A stretch of DNA of 64,000 bases. It comes from an uncultured candidate division Zixibacteria bacterium. Its GTDB lineage: Bacteria > Zixibacteria > MSB-5A5 > UBA10806. Position numbers and translations under genes: made by a program. Positions within the stretch are counted from its first letter, which is position 1; every line of letters starts with the position of its first letter. The DNA is taken from contig CAWFQL010000016.1 of NCBI GenBank assembly GCA_963817915.1, positions 96,001 through 160,000 on the forward strand, written 5' to 3'. Below the pieces are notes generated by a model. That model saw only the letters and a list, made by a program, of their open reading frames with translations. It ran no database searches and had not been told where the DNA came from. Shown piece after piece: positions 1-10,035 of this stretch.

Positions 1-3000
1 TAATTGCAGACCCGGCTGATCGAAACTCTTCGTCTCAAGACTTCCCGTTATACGACCATTGCGGTAACCGGCGTTGAGTATGGTAACTCGCGGATTTTTC
101 AGAGCAGGCGGCACATCGCCGGGGAATTCGGGAAAGCTAAGCTCAAAATCAAAACCAAAGCCCCAATCTCCCAATGGTTGACCGTTATAATCAAACCAAT
201 TGAAATCAAGAGCGGACATTCTGAACGCCAATGGTTTCAATCCAAATCCCATGAAGGTATGAGTCGAATCACTCATTTCGGGAATCGAAATATCGGGCAG
301 ATGGATGCCGGTCTTTCGGATTCTTATACCTGATATCTTCGGCAAATGCAGGTCGAGGTCCGTGAACTTAAATTCCATTCCCAATTCAATTTCAAAATCC
401 CAGCCATTGGTTTGATCAAATGACAGCGATGGCAATGTATAATCCGAAAGGATTAGCTTTAATGCACCTAAATCGATCGATGGCAAAAGCGAATCGCCCG
501 ATGGAGGTGTATCAACATTGAAATTACGGATCTGGATTCCGGTCTGGGTTACGCCAAACTCTGCCGAAGCTCCGTAATCCTTGCCCTCTCCAAGATGAAG
601 CCTGATTCCCCCAGTGAGACCGAAATCAAAAGCAAGATTGGGCGGAGTCGTCTGGACATCGAATGAGCCATTAACTCTTGTTATATGGAGATTGAGCTTG
701 TCGCTATTGGGAACTATCGGGATGGTTTGATCTATGGGGAAATCGATATTACCCATCAACCGGCCATCGGGCATCAATGTTAGCTGTATATCCTGCGCGC
801 CAACATCGGTATTGAAAAATTTCATCTGGCCGACAAGCTGGAACGCATTTACGCCACCAACGGGGCCGTAAGTGAAGCTCTTAATCGCAAATGGTATCCC
901 CAGACCGCTCAAATCGAAACTGGGCAATGACTGAGGCGGGATTGTGGCGTTGATATTGCCCCTGATTAAATCCTTGGTCAATGGATCGACTGTAAAATCG
1001 AATGTAATGTCTAACTCAGGTGATTGCGGGTTTGATAGCTTGAGCGCTGGAAAAACTAATTTAGCGGGCTGGCCTGGACGAGTCCATAGGCGGAGGCCAG
1101 TGCTATCGATATTATAATTTATTAAAAGCGAGTCACCCTGCTTCAACTGCAGATAAGCAATCGATTCGGTTGGCAGCGGCAGTCGTTCAGGCAGAAACGC
1201 TATTCCGAAATAGCTAAGGTCGGGCAGGAATCCCTGCGGAGTAAGTATGGCAATCCTATTTGCGCCGGAATAGAATTCGAGGCGGCCCTGTGTCACCCTG
1301 AACGGGCTAAACGAAAACGCGAAGTCCTGAGAAAATTCTCCGCGCAATCCGGGCAGGTCGAATCCTTGCAGTTTCAGATGCAACTGGCTGGTGCCATGCA
1401 TGGCCAGGCCGCGATTATCGATTGTAATAGAATCGGGGAGATTAATAAGGATACCGATAGAATCGGTAATAGGTGTATCTCTTGGCACAGCCTGGAAATT
1501 GAGATCGGTACCGTTAAATGATGCCATGAGAGCAAAAGGTGTATCGAAGATGACATTGCCCGAGGCTATCGAAAAATCGCTCCATCTAACACCGAGATTG
1601 TTGAATGTCACTCCCAGCGTAGTCCCTCCACCAAGTCGAAGGCTTTGTCTGCCGTCGATTACGATAGTCGAATCAGTAATAGTGGCGCGATTTATATTGA
1701 ATGATAACGCCGGATTCGATGGCGGAATATTCCAGACAAATGGCGAATTGATATTGCCATTAAGAGTGACGAATCTATTCTGAATAAATTCATATCCGAG
1801 GTTGACATTGGCGGTGATTGGCGGGCCGGATGGATTATTGAAAACCAGCGCGCCCGTTCCTTCGAGAAGAATTGATTGGGAGCTTTGATTTACGCTGAAT
1901 GTTAAATTCGAATTAGTAATTATGGCAGACAATATGCCCACATGAAGCGAGCAGGCAGGCACAATATTCTGGACAGTCCCTGATAGTCCGCCCCTGCCCG
2001 ACAGTGCGATAGTAGTATTAAAGAGATCCAGGCTTTGGCTATCGGGAGAACAATTGAAAGCCGAGGGAAGATCCAGCTTTCCTTTGATTCTAACGTCGGG
2101 AGAGATATTGAAATTCCCGCCGCTGAAACTTGCGCCCAACGCTCCCGATATTTCGGTGATCTTCATGCCAAAATCCGGCGTAATTGGAAGACGCAATCCG
2201 GGAGAAGTGAATGTTATTGGAGTTAGTGTCGCGCTAAAAGCGCCATCGGTAAACGAAGCATTTTGAATGCTTATATTCGGATTTCGAAGTTCTATCGGAC
2301 AGCCAGACGGTAGATTTGGCAGATTCATATTGAAATCGAACGCAAAATTCAGATTGCTTGGCGATCCGGGTTGCCAGGTCAGCCAATCAAATGATGAAGC
2401 CGGCATTCTGAATCCGGTCAGGCCAAGAGAAAAATCGCCAAATTGTATCGGCGGCAGATTGATAGATGAAAGATTAATATCAGGCAGATGAAAGCCATCG
2501 GGGCCGAATGTGACGCCGTCTATTGTCGGCAATTCCAGGCTGTCAAGTTCCGGGAACTCAAACGCGAGACTTAATCCAAGAGCGAAATTCCAATTATTGT
2601 TGGCGTACGACAGCGAAGAAAGCGACAAATTGCTGATTGCTAATTTTACCCAGCCCAGATCAATCGGAGAAAGCTGTATGTCACCGCGCGGCGTGAACGA
2701 TTGGACACTTATACCGCTTTGCTGTAAACGTAGGACAATATCCGCCCCGATATTGGTGGAATCATCGGGATGAAAATCAAGACCACCGGTTGCAAGTATA
2801 TCAAAGGTCACGTTGTTGTTCAGGAAGCTGGCGGAAAAATCGCCTGTCAATCCATTGAGATTGAGCATGAATCGATTGGAATTTGGGACCAACGGAATCG
2901 ATGATGTCCCAGTACAGGTCACATGGCTCGAAATTGAGCCGTCATCGGCGAGAGTGAAATTCGAAAGCTCACATTGTGTCGGTGTTCCGAAGAGTTCAAG

Positions 3001-4372
3001 CACACCGTCAAATTGAACAACCGGATTCGAAAAATGCACTGTTGCGCGCGTAATTCTCAGTCGATTTGGGGCTTCTCCTAATGTGACAATTGGAGAGGAC
3101 GGCGATCCGCTGATTGTAGCGTCGCCTGACAATCCGGTTCGCAATAAACGAATCTGCCCCTCCAATTGAAATGGACCGGCGCCATTCGGTAATGTCAAGT
3201 CTCCACTTACGTTGACATTGCCGGGCGGCGTGAAATTAATCTCATGTGGATGAAAATACTGGCCGGTCAGAGACGGCGGGATATCGCTTGCCGAAACAGA
3301 GGCACTGATATTGCCTGAAATAAATGTCGGAGGAGCGTAATTACCCTTTTGCACCTGCAGATCGGTTACGCTGGCGGTTACAGTAACTTGAGAACCATCG
3401 GGCAGATGAAGCAACAATGAAGCAGTACCATTTAATGTATAATAGCCGCCATCATCCTGGGCGGTGAGCGAAGCGACATTAATTAAGAATACCGAATTTT
3501 GCTCGAGTTCGAGCATTTCGAATGGCAGTCCGCCGTCCTGGCCTCCCCCACCAGTTCCATAGAAAAATGACCATATTTCACTTTGGCCATTATTGGATGT
3601 GGGCGCAGCGCCGGATGTGTCAGTAGCAGTAATTTGCCAGACATATTCTTTGCCATTTTCGAACGCCAGCCCATCCTGTGGATAGGTGTAGACGCTCATC
3701 GGACCGACAATATCGGCTTCATGATGGGGATAGTTTGATTCTATGGCCCGGTTCAATGTTTGCCCGGGCAAACGCTCAACAATCTTCAGATGATAATTTA
3801 TGGGGTATTGAGGTGGGACAATAACCGGAGTCCATTGAAATGTAGGATATTGAATATTGACATTAGAGCCGTTCATGGGGAAAATCAGTTGGGGCGGATC
3901 AGGATAAATCACGTTCATCGTATTGCAGGCCTCGGCCAATTGCGAACCCGCGGCGCTCATTACTCTGATACAAAATTGATATTCACCCTCCGGTAATCGT
4001 CCAGTTCTTATCGCCAAATCCCGCAAGGCCTGATTATAGGAGATATTCTCCCAAGCCATAAATTGAGAGCCGGAGAAATATCTGGGTATGCGGTCCGGCA
4101 GGAAAGTCTACAGTGATGCTCTGAGATGAAAATGCATCCGGATAACGGGAGGAGCTGACATTGACCATAAAATAAATCTGGGCCGGCGTAGAGCCGTTGT
4201 ATGTCAAAGTCAGAGAAGCCAGATTCGGATCACGCTCGATATCATTAAAATACGGACTGGGAAATGGCGTAATAAAAAGCGTCGCATTCCAGTTGGCATC
4301 CTGAGCGTATACTGATAGCGGCAGGACTAATAGTACAAAGGCAAATAGCAATAACCTTTTGAAATCTTTCAT
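1..4372 (-). CDS. Giant secreted beta-rich protein with TANFOR-like N-terminal region; partial (runs off the left edge), one apparent frameshift near 4078
   Basis: Signal peptide MKDFKRLLLFAFVLLVLPLSVYAQ from 4372. Removing one T near 4078 continues into AIRTGRLPEGEYQFCIRV..PDPPQLIFP..YVWQITATD..NNGQSEIWSF. The same frame was read open at about 4020, 3480, 2490, 1400 and 180-1. It is absent from the ORF track, consistent with no stop inside the window. Confidence 0.85.
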
Positions 4373-5209
4373 GGCGCTGACCCTCACGTATTTATTTCAA
4401 CCTTGGGATATTTATCGATGTAATTCTATATGAATAAAAAGCGAAATCTTCCGCGCATAAGAGTGTTTGCATTTTGTTTATTGGTGTCGACATAATTCGA
4501 GCGACAATATCAAAGAATTTGAGAGATAATAAATTCTCCAAGTAATGATAATTATTATCAATGACATAATTGACAAAACCATTCAAGCTCTTGCGGCGGC
4601 AGGTGTTTGTCTTATCTTTAATGTTGTTATTATTTAAATATTTGAAAAATAATATACAGAAATTTATAATGCTCTCCCCTTTTTCCCAATGAACGTGCCT
4701 TATGATGACAGAGATCGAACTCAAATAGCCAATATTTATTCAACTTGTGATCGCTAATAAACAAATGCAATCAGCGTAGTTAGTATAATCTGTAATATAT
4801 TCTTGTCAATAGAATAATATGGAACCATATGGCTTTTAATGCAAAATAGTATCCTATTTCCAGAATGAGTTTAACACGAAGCAATATGGACTATGGAGTC
4901 GTTCCACGATAAACACTATCTCGCCAAATAGTTATGGTAAGTAGCATGCTTTCATCGTAAAAGAGGTTCAATGATAACAATTTATGGGGGGCTATTTGCG
5001 CTTATCTGCTCGCTGGTCATCGTAATTGTCGTGGAATCAATATACGCCAGGTCGGGCAATATTAAATAGATAAGCCTTTAATCGAAACACAACTTTGGCT
5101 TTTTTACCTTCCTGCAGGAACATATTGGGGAATTATACCAGTTTCGAATTCATATGCTGATGATGACAATGAGTATAGTTCAATAATCTTAACAACTGGA
5201 GAAAATAGA

Positions 5210-5890
5210 ATGAAATCCAAAGCCCTAGTCATGATCTTAATGTCGGCCCTTCTGCTTATGGGAGCATGCGCCAAGAAAAAGCAGGAGACCACATCGAAAA
5301 CAAGTTCAATAGAAGAATCCAAGCCTATCGAAAATCAGGAGACACCTCCCCCACCGCCTGCCGAAATTGCCATCCTGACTATCCCGGAATCAACTCCACT
5401 ATTGGTTACTCTATCAGATACTCTTCAAACCAACGAAAATAAAGTCGGCGATCATGTCGCCGCGAATCTGGCCAATTCAATTGCAGTCTCCGGAAAAACA
5501 GTATTTCTCCAAGGAGCTTCGGTTGATTTGGTAATTACAAAGCTGGTTAAGGGCGGGACATTGAAGACTCCTCCTGAAATCGCATTTACAATCAAGGATA
5601 TCACTCTTCCCGATGGCAATAGAATCCCGATTTCCGCGAGCGAAATATATCAAAAGGGACGTAGCCATACCAAACGAGAAGTGGGTATGATCGGCGGCGG
5701 CGCGGCGGCAGGCGCAATTGTTGGGGGCTTATTGGGCAAAGGCAAAGGCGCGGCGATTGGCGCCGTCGCGGGTGCGGCGGCAGGTACGGGCGCGGCCGCA
5801 GCCACCGGACGGCAAAATTTGATTTATCTTCCTGGGGAATCAATGAAATTCACTCTCACGCAACCCGTGACAATAACAGAGTCACGTTAG
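5210..5890 (+). CDS. Lipoprotein with C-terminal glycine-zipper
   Basis: Lipobox LMGAC, Pro-rich linker, GGGAAAGAIVGGLLGKGKGAAIGAVAGAAAGTG. Confidence 0.8.
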   Translation: MKSKALVMILMSALLLMGACAKKKQETTSKTSSIEESKPIENQETPPPPPAEIAILTIPESTPLLVTLSDTLQTNENKVGDHVAANLANSIAVSGKTVFLQGASVDLVITKLVKGGTLKTPPEIAFTIKDITLPDGNRIPISASEIYQKGRSHTKREVGMIGGGAAAGAIVGGLLGKGKGAAIGAVAGAAAGTGAAAATGRQNLIYLPGESMKFTLTQPVTITESR

Positions 5891-5918
5891 CGATTTTTAG
5901 GCAAATAGGCAGAAATCG

Positions 5919-5944
5919 TCAGCCAGAGGTCAACTTCTGGCTGA
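5919..5944. terminator. Hairpin after the lipoprotein gene, probable terminator
   Basis: tcagccagag-gtcaac-ttctggctga inverted repeat; weak U tract. Confidence 0.5.
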
Positions 5945-5960
5945 ATATATCGCCATTAAA

Positions 5961-6022
5961 CATTAAAATACATCAGAAAACATAAGAAAATACTTGCATT
6001 TCGCCTTATACACTATTATATT
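5961..6022 (+). promoter_or_regulatory. Sigma70-like promoter preceded by three 10-bp-phased direct repeats
   Basis: cattaaaata/catcagaaaa/cataagaaaa (5961-5990), then TTGCAT(5994)-17 nt-TATATT(6017). Confidence 0.5.
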
Positions 6023-6056
6023 ATCCCGGTAGCATAAAACTATTCGGGAGGTATCA

Positions 6057-6851
6057 ATGGGATTAGGCAGGCTGTTTTCATCGGAAAATTTTCCTTCGCT
6101 TGTGAATTCCGAGGAATTTTATGAAAAGATAATTTCTGCGAAGGACACCGGGAATAGGATCTTCAGCCAGATTTTGCTGATGAGTTTGTTTTTATTTTTG
6201 TATGGCCTGGTAATGGGAGCTTATCAAGGGCTCGCTCAAGCTGTCACGTCGGGCATAAAGGTCGCATTATTGTATTCGCTGGCACTGCTGATCTGTTTCC
6301 CGGCATTTTTTATTATCCAGTATATTTTGGGCTCGAAACTCAAGCTCCATCAGATGGTTTCGATATTACTTTCTGGATTTGTTCTGATGGCGTCGATCAT
6401 GCTGTCTTTCGTGCCGATTGTAATCATCTTTCTTTTGACAGGAAGCAACTATTACTTTCTGCATCTTTTGCACGTAGCGATATTTTTATTCGCAGGCATT
6501 TTCGGAATGAATACGATTGTACAGGCGTTGAAATATTCATGCGAAAAGAAAAATGTGTATCCTAAAACCGGAGTCGTGGTTTTCCGTTTCTGGGTAATCA
6601 TATTGGCGTTTGTGGGGATTCAGCTGGCCTGGAATTTCAGACCGTTCTTGGGAGTAAAGGGCGAACCGTTTATGCTCTTTGGACAACGAGAGGGAAATTT
6701 CTACGCGGCGATGATTAATTCCATCAATCAATTAGTACACCCTAATAGCCAGACCCCCGAAACCAAGCAGGATGAAAATTCGAAGGAATACCCGCCATTG
6801 GACACGCTTAAGATGAGACAGCTATTTGGAGACAGCCTTCATGGAAACTGA
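6057..6851 (+). CDS. Polytopic membrane protein (YIP1-like, uncharacterised)
   Basis: About five hydrophobic segments; motif W..ILAFVGIQLAWNFRPFLG; RBS gggagg. Confidence 0.7.
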   Translation: MGLGRLFSSENFPSLVNSEEFYEKIISAKDTGNRIFSQILLMSLFLFLYGLVMGAYQGLAQAVTSGIKVALLYSLALLICFPAFFIIQYILGSKLKLHQMVSILLSGFVLMASIMLSFVPIVIIFLLTGSNYYFLHLLHVAIFLFAGIFGMNTIVQALKYSCEKKNVYPKTGVVVFRFWVIILAFVGIQLAWNFRPFLGVKGEPFMLFGQREGNFYAAMINSINQLVHPNSQTPETKQDENSKEYPPLDTLKMRQLFGDSLHGN

Positions 6852-7071
6852 TATCATGACATTGGAAGAAGTTGCGGCATACCTCAAGGTCACGCCACAG
6901 ACAATCTATACCTGGGCGCAGGAAAAACGAATCCCTGCCGCCAAGCTTGGCAAGGAATGGCGATTCAAAAAATCGATAATCGATAAATGGTTTTCGGGCC
7001 ATTTTGATTTGAAATTCAAAGATATAGTTGACCAGGTAGAAAACAATAAAACCACAGGCAACGAAAATTAA
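6841..7071 (+). CDS. Excisionase/BldC-like HTH DNA-binding protein (HTH_17)
   Basis: IMTLEEVAAYLKVTPQTIYTWAQEKRIPAAKLGKEWRF; start overlaps the end of the upstream gene. Confidence 0.9.
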   Translation: METDIMTLEEVAAYLKVTPQTIYTWAQEKRIPAAKLGKEWRFKKSIIDKWFSGHFDLKFKDIVDQVENNKTTGNEN

Positions 7072-7089
7072 ATTACCTGTCAATTCTTT

Positions 7090-8280
7090 CTACTTTGCCG
7101 ATTTATTTTTATTCTTCAGCTTGTTCAATAATCGTTCTAATTCCGCAGTATAGCTTTCATTAGTGGAGTCTTGCTCGGATGCCAACTCCATAGTTTTGGT
7201 GGCATCGTTCAGATTTCCTTGGGCCTCGTAGATACCGGATAAGGTATTCAGTACAGTCGCTCTCAGTTTTCCCGCGGAGGCTCGATCCACAGCCTGACGA
7301 GCATAATTTTCGGCTTCAATTAAATTAATATTTCTTTCCAGACACCATTTGGAGAATCCAAAATATTTTTCGGGATTCTTCTGCCATTCAGGGCCAAGAC
7401 TTGTCTTACGCAGATTTATGGCCTTTGTCGTATCTTTTTCGATATATAAAGCTTGATCGGCGAGATAGATCGCATGGCGTTCCTTGGACATATTATCTGA
7501 AGCCGCATTAGTGATATCTATCCCGGCCTGCAAGTACCTGGCTATATCCGCGGTTCGACCGACTTTCCGCGCGACCATAGTCATAGTGCGGGCAACATTG
7601 GTGATAGCATTGGCATCTTTGCTTTTCGTTTTCAATACTTTGTCGGCGGCACTTATCAACTGACTGAACTTCATTGTGCCTTTCCAGACGGCGTCGCCGG
7701 TGTTCTGGAAAATTTCGTAGCTGTAACCAACAGATTTATTCGTCTGCAGAGTCTGCGCCTGATTATAAAACTCCACTGCTTTGGCATTCTCGCCGATTTC
7801 ATAATTATATCCGGCGAGGAAGAGAGCATTGTCAAGAGAGGGCAAATTTGCCAGCCTATCGTAGCGCTGATTGATAGTTTCGAGATTTGACAGTGATTTT
7901 TTTAATGATTGAATGAACGGTCTGGCGCCAGTGTATCCTGTCCAGCGATTAATTACGCCGCCGCTGCTGTCTGTCAATACAAAGACCGGAAATGTATTGC
8001 CTATATGGTAAGGCGTGATAAGCCGTTCCCCTTCGGTCGTTTTAACGTCAATCATGCAAAAAACAGTGGATATAATAAGTGCCTTTATCGAATCGTTGGC
8101 GGCCACGTCCTTTGCGGCAGTCTGACAATAGGGGCAATCAACGCGATAGAATTCGATCAATATCGGCTTATTTTGTCGAGCCGATATCGCCTTCGCCTGA
8201 TCCAGGCTTTCGGGGCTTTGCGCGGAAAGCATTGACGACCAGGCTGTCAGTATTATCATGATTGAGAGAAATCTTTTCAT
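7090..8280 (-). CDS. Exported thioredoxin-fold plus TPR-like protein
   Basis: Signal peptide, KPILIEFYRVDCPYC, helical TPR-like C-terminal half. Confidence 0.8.
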   Translation of the reverse strand: MKRFLSIMIILTAWSSMLSAQSPESLDQAKAISARQNKPILIEFYRVDCPYCQTAAKDVAANDSIKALIISTVFCMIDVKTTEGERLITPYHIGNTFPVFVLTDSSGGVINRWTGYTGARPFIQSLKKSLSNLETINQRYDRLANLPSLDNALFLAGYNYEIGENAKAVEFYNQAQTLQTNKSVGYSYEIFQNTGDAVWKGTMKFSQLISAADKVLKTKSKDANAITNVARTMTMVARKVGRTADIARYLQAGIDITNAASDNMSKERHAIYLADQALYIEKDTTKAINLRKTSLGPEWQKNPEKYFGFSKWCLERNINLIEAENYARQAVDRASAGKLRATVLNTLSGIYEAQGNLNDATKTMELASEQDSTNESYTAELERLLNKLKNKNKSAK

Positions 8281-8438
8281 TCGTACCCTTTGAAATTGAC
8301 CCTTATTTTTGACATTTGGTTCTGAGAACTGGCAAATACACCACTTTCGAAAAGAAAATGTCGCTAACGACTTAAGTCAATATGTTTAATCCATCGTATA
8401 ATGTCGATTTCTACAGATGAAAAAATGTTGTTTTTCTA

Positions 8439-8468
8439 TTGACATTCCTTTAGAAAATCCGATAATAT
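8439..8468 (+). promoter_or_regulatory. Sigma70-like promoter of the rsgA leader
   Basis: TTGACA at 8439 followed by AT-rich -10-like gataat/taatat at 8461-8468. Confidence 0.5.
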
Positions 8469-8522
8469 AATGTACGGTTGAGGAATCAACTTAGGGTAAC
8501 ATTCGAAAGGAGGCGCAAATTT

Positions 8523-8582
8523 ATGACTAAGATAATTGAAAGAGTAATTGTATATTTGCGCTCGCGGAGGAGCTGTATTTAG
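8523..8582 (+). CDS. Putative 19-aa leader peptide MTKIIERVIVYLRSRRSCI
   Basis: Strong RBS gaaaggagg at 8505-8513, short ORF directly upstream of an intrinsic terminator. Confidence 0.6.
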   Translation: MTKIIERVIVYLRSRRSCI

Positions 8583-8607
8583 GCATTCTGTCTGAAATAG
8601 TCTAAAC

Positions 8608-8638
8608 AGCCTTCTCATCTGGAAGGCTTTTTATTTTT
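8608..8638 (+). terminator. Intrinsic terminator in the rsgA 5' leader (attenuator)
   Basis: agccttct-catct-ggaaggct followed by ttttattttt; further hairpins at about 8641-8664 and 8676-8708. Confidence 0.65.
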
Positions 8639-8834
8639 AGCCGCGGGCGTTAATAAGTCCGCGGTATTATTTTTTGATTTTCGCGGGGAAGCATTAAACG
8701 CGAAAATCGCAATCTGAAATAGGAGGAAAAAATGTCGGTTATTGAAACATATTATCCAACCATTCAGGAAATTGCCAGCCGGCGTTATTTGCGCGCGGGC
8801 ACAAATGGAAATTCAAAAATGAGAGAAAATATCA

Positions 8835-9899
8835 ATGCAATTAATAGACTTGGGATGGGATTCGTTTTTCGAAGAGAATTTCGAACCATCTAAAAAGCTG
8901 AATCTTATACCGGCGAGAATTTCAAAAGAAAACAAACTCAACTACCTCGCATGGTGTGAACAAGGTGAGCTTCTTTGCGAAATTTCCGGCAAGTTTCGCC
9001 ACGAGGCCGCAAGCAAAAGTGATTTTCCGACCGTAGGTGATTGGGTGGCCATATCGGCGCGTGCCGATGAAGGCAGGGCCACGATTCACTCACTATTGCC
9101 GCGCAATAGCGCGTTTCTTCGTAAGACCGCTGGGATTGAGACTGAAGGACAGGTTGTAGCAGCTAATATCAATACTGTATTTATCGTCTGCGGCCTTGAC
9201 AATAACTTCAATCTTCGCCGGATCGAACGGTATCTGACATTAGCCTGGGAAAGCGGGGCGATACCGGTTATTCTGTTAAATAAATCCGATCTTTGCCCTT
9301 CATCGTCCGAGCGCCTCGCACTGGTGGAATCGATTGCCATGGGCGTCGATATTCATATTCTCAGCGCGACCGAAAAAACGGGATTGGAAGCGCTCGATAA
9401 ATATCTCAAACGCGGCATGACCGCGGCCTTCCTTGGCTCATCGGGTGTCGGCAAATCAACAATCATCAATTCGCTATTGGGAAATAACCGTCTCAAAGTA
9501 GGCGAGGTCCAGGATGAAGACAGCCGCGGAAGACATACAACTTCATCTCGTGAAATGATAATGCTCCCTGATAACGGTATTGTAATCGATACTCCGGGAA
9601 TGCGCGAGCTTCAATTGTGGGGCGATAGCGATGGTTTAAAACAATCGTTCGAGGATATCGAAACATTGGCAGCTAATTGTCGTTTCAGGGATTGCCACCA
9701 TCAAAAAGAACCTGGCTGCGCTGTCAGAATCGCCCTCGACGAAGGCACCCTTGATAACGGACGTTACCAAAGCTATCTAAAGCTAAAACGAGAGCTTGAG
9801 TATCTGGCGTTCAAGGAGAAGCTAAAAGCAAATTCCATAGAAAAGCTTCGTTGGAAAAAGATCAGCATGCTCATCAAGAACCTGAAAAAGGAAAGTTAG
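8835..9899 (+). CDS. rsgA: Ribosome small subunit-dependent GTPase A
   Basis: Circularly permuted G motifs NKSD, GSSGVGKS, GRHTT, DTPG and Zn knuckle CRFRDCHHQKEPGC. Confidence 0.95.
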   Translation: MQLIDLGWDSFFEENFEPSKKLNLIPARISKENKLNYLAWCEQGELLCEISGKFRHEAASKSDFPTVGDWVAISARADEGRATIHSLLPRNSAFLRKTAGIETEGQVVAANINTVFIVCGLDNNFNLRRIERYLTLAWESGAIPVILLNKSDLCPSSSERLALVESIAMGVDIHILSATEKTGLEALDKYLKRGMTAAFLGSSGVGKSTIINSLLGNNRLKVGEVQDEDSRGRHTTSSREMIMLPDNGIVIDTPGMRELQLWGDSDGLKQSFEDIETLAANCRFRDCHHQKEPGCAVRIALDEGTLDNGRYQSYLKLKRELEYLAFKEKLKANSIEKLRWKKISMLIKNLKKES

Positions 9900-9914
9900 A
9901 CCCACCATGCAATG

Positions 9915-9952
9915 AAGGCCGGGTATATACTACTGATACCACGGCCTTTTTT
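9915..9952 (+). terminator. Intrinsic terminator after rsgA
   Basis: aaggccgggtat...atacc-a-cggcc followed by a T run. Confidence 0.65.
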
Positions 9953-10035
9953 ATTCACGAAACGTGTTCTTACCCAACCATTTTAGACTTGCGGAGTTAT
10001 CGATTTAGTATTAAGTATTTGCGGAGGTATTACAT

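Noticed and set aside
4..3996. Many short plus-strand ORFs and minus ORFs 1374-1556 and 3483-3674
   Set aside because: Shadows of the long minus-strand gene; no motifs or RBS.
4392..4724. 110-aa minus-strand ORF upstream of the giant gene
   Set aside because: AT-rich intergenic sequence with non-protein-like composition and no RBS.
6841..7071. Prophage or ICE excisionase
   Set aside because: No integrase, att-like duplication, tRNA or phage genes nearby; better read as a stand-alone regulator.
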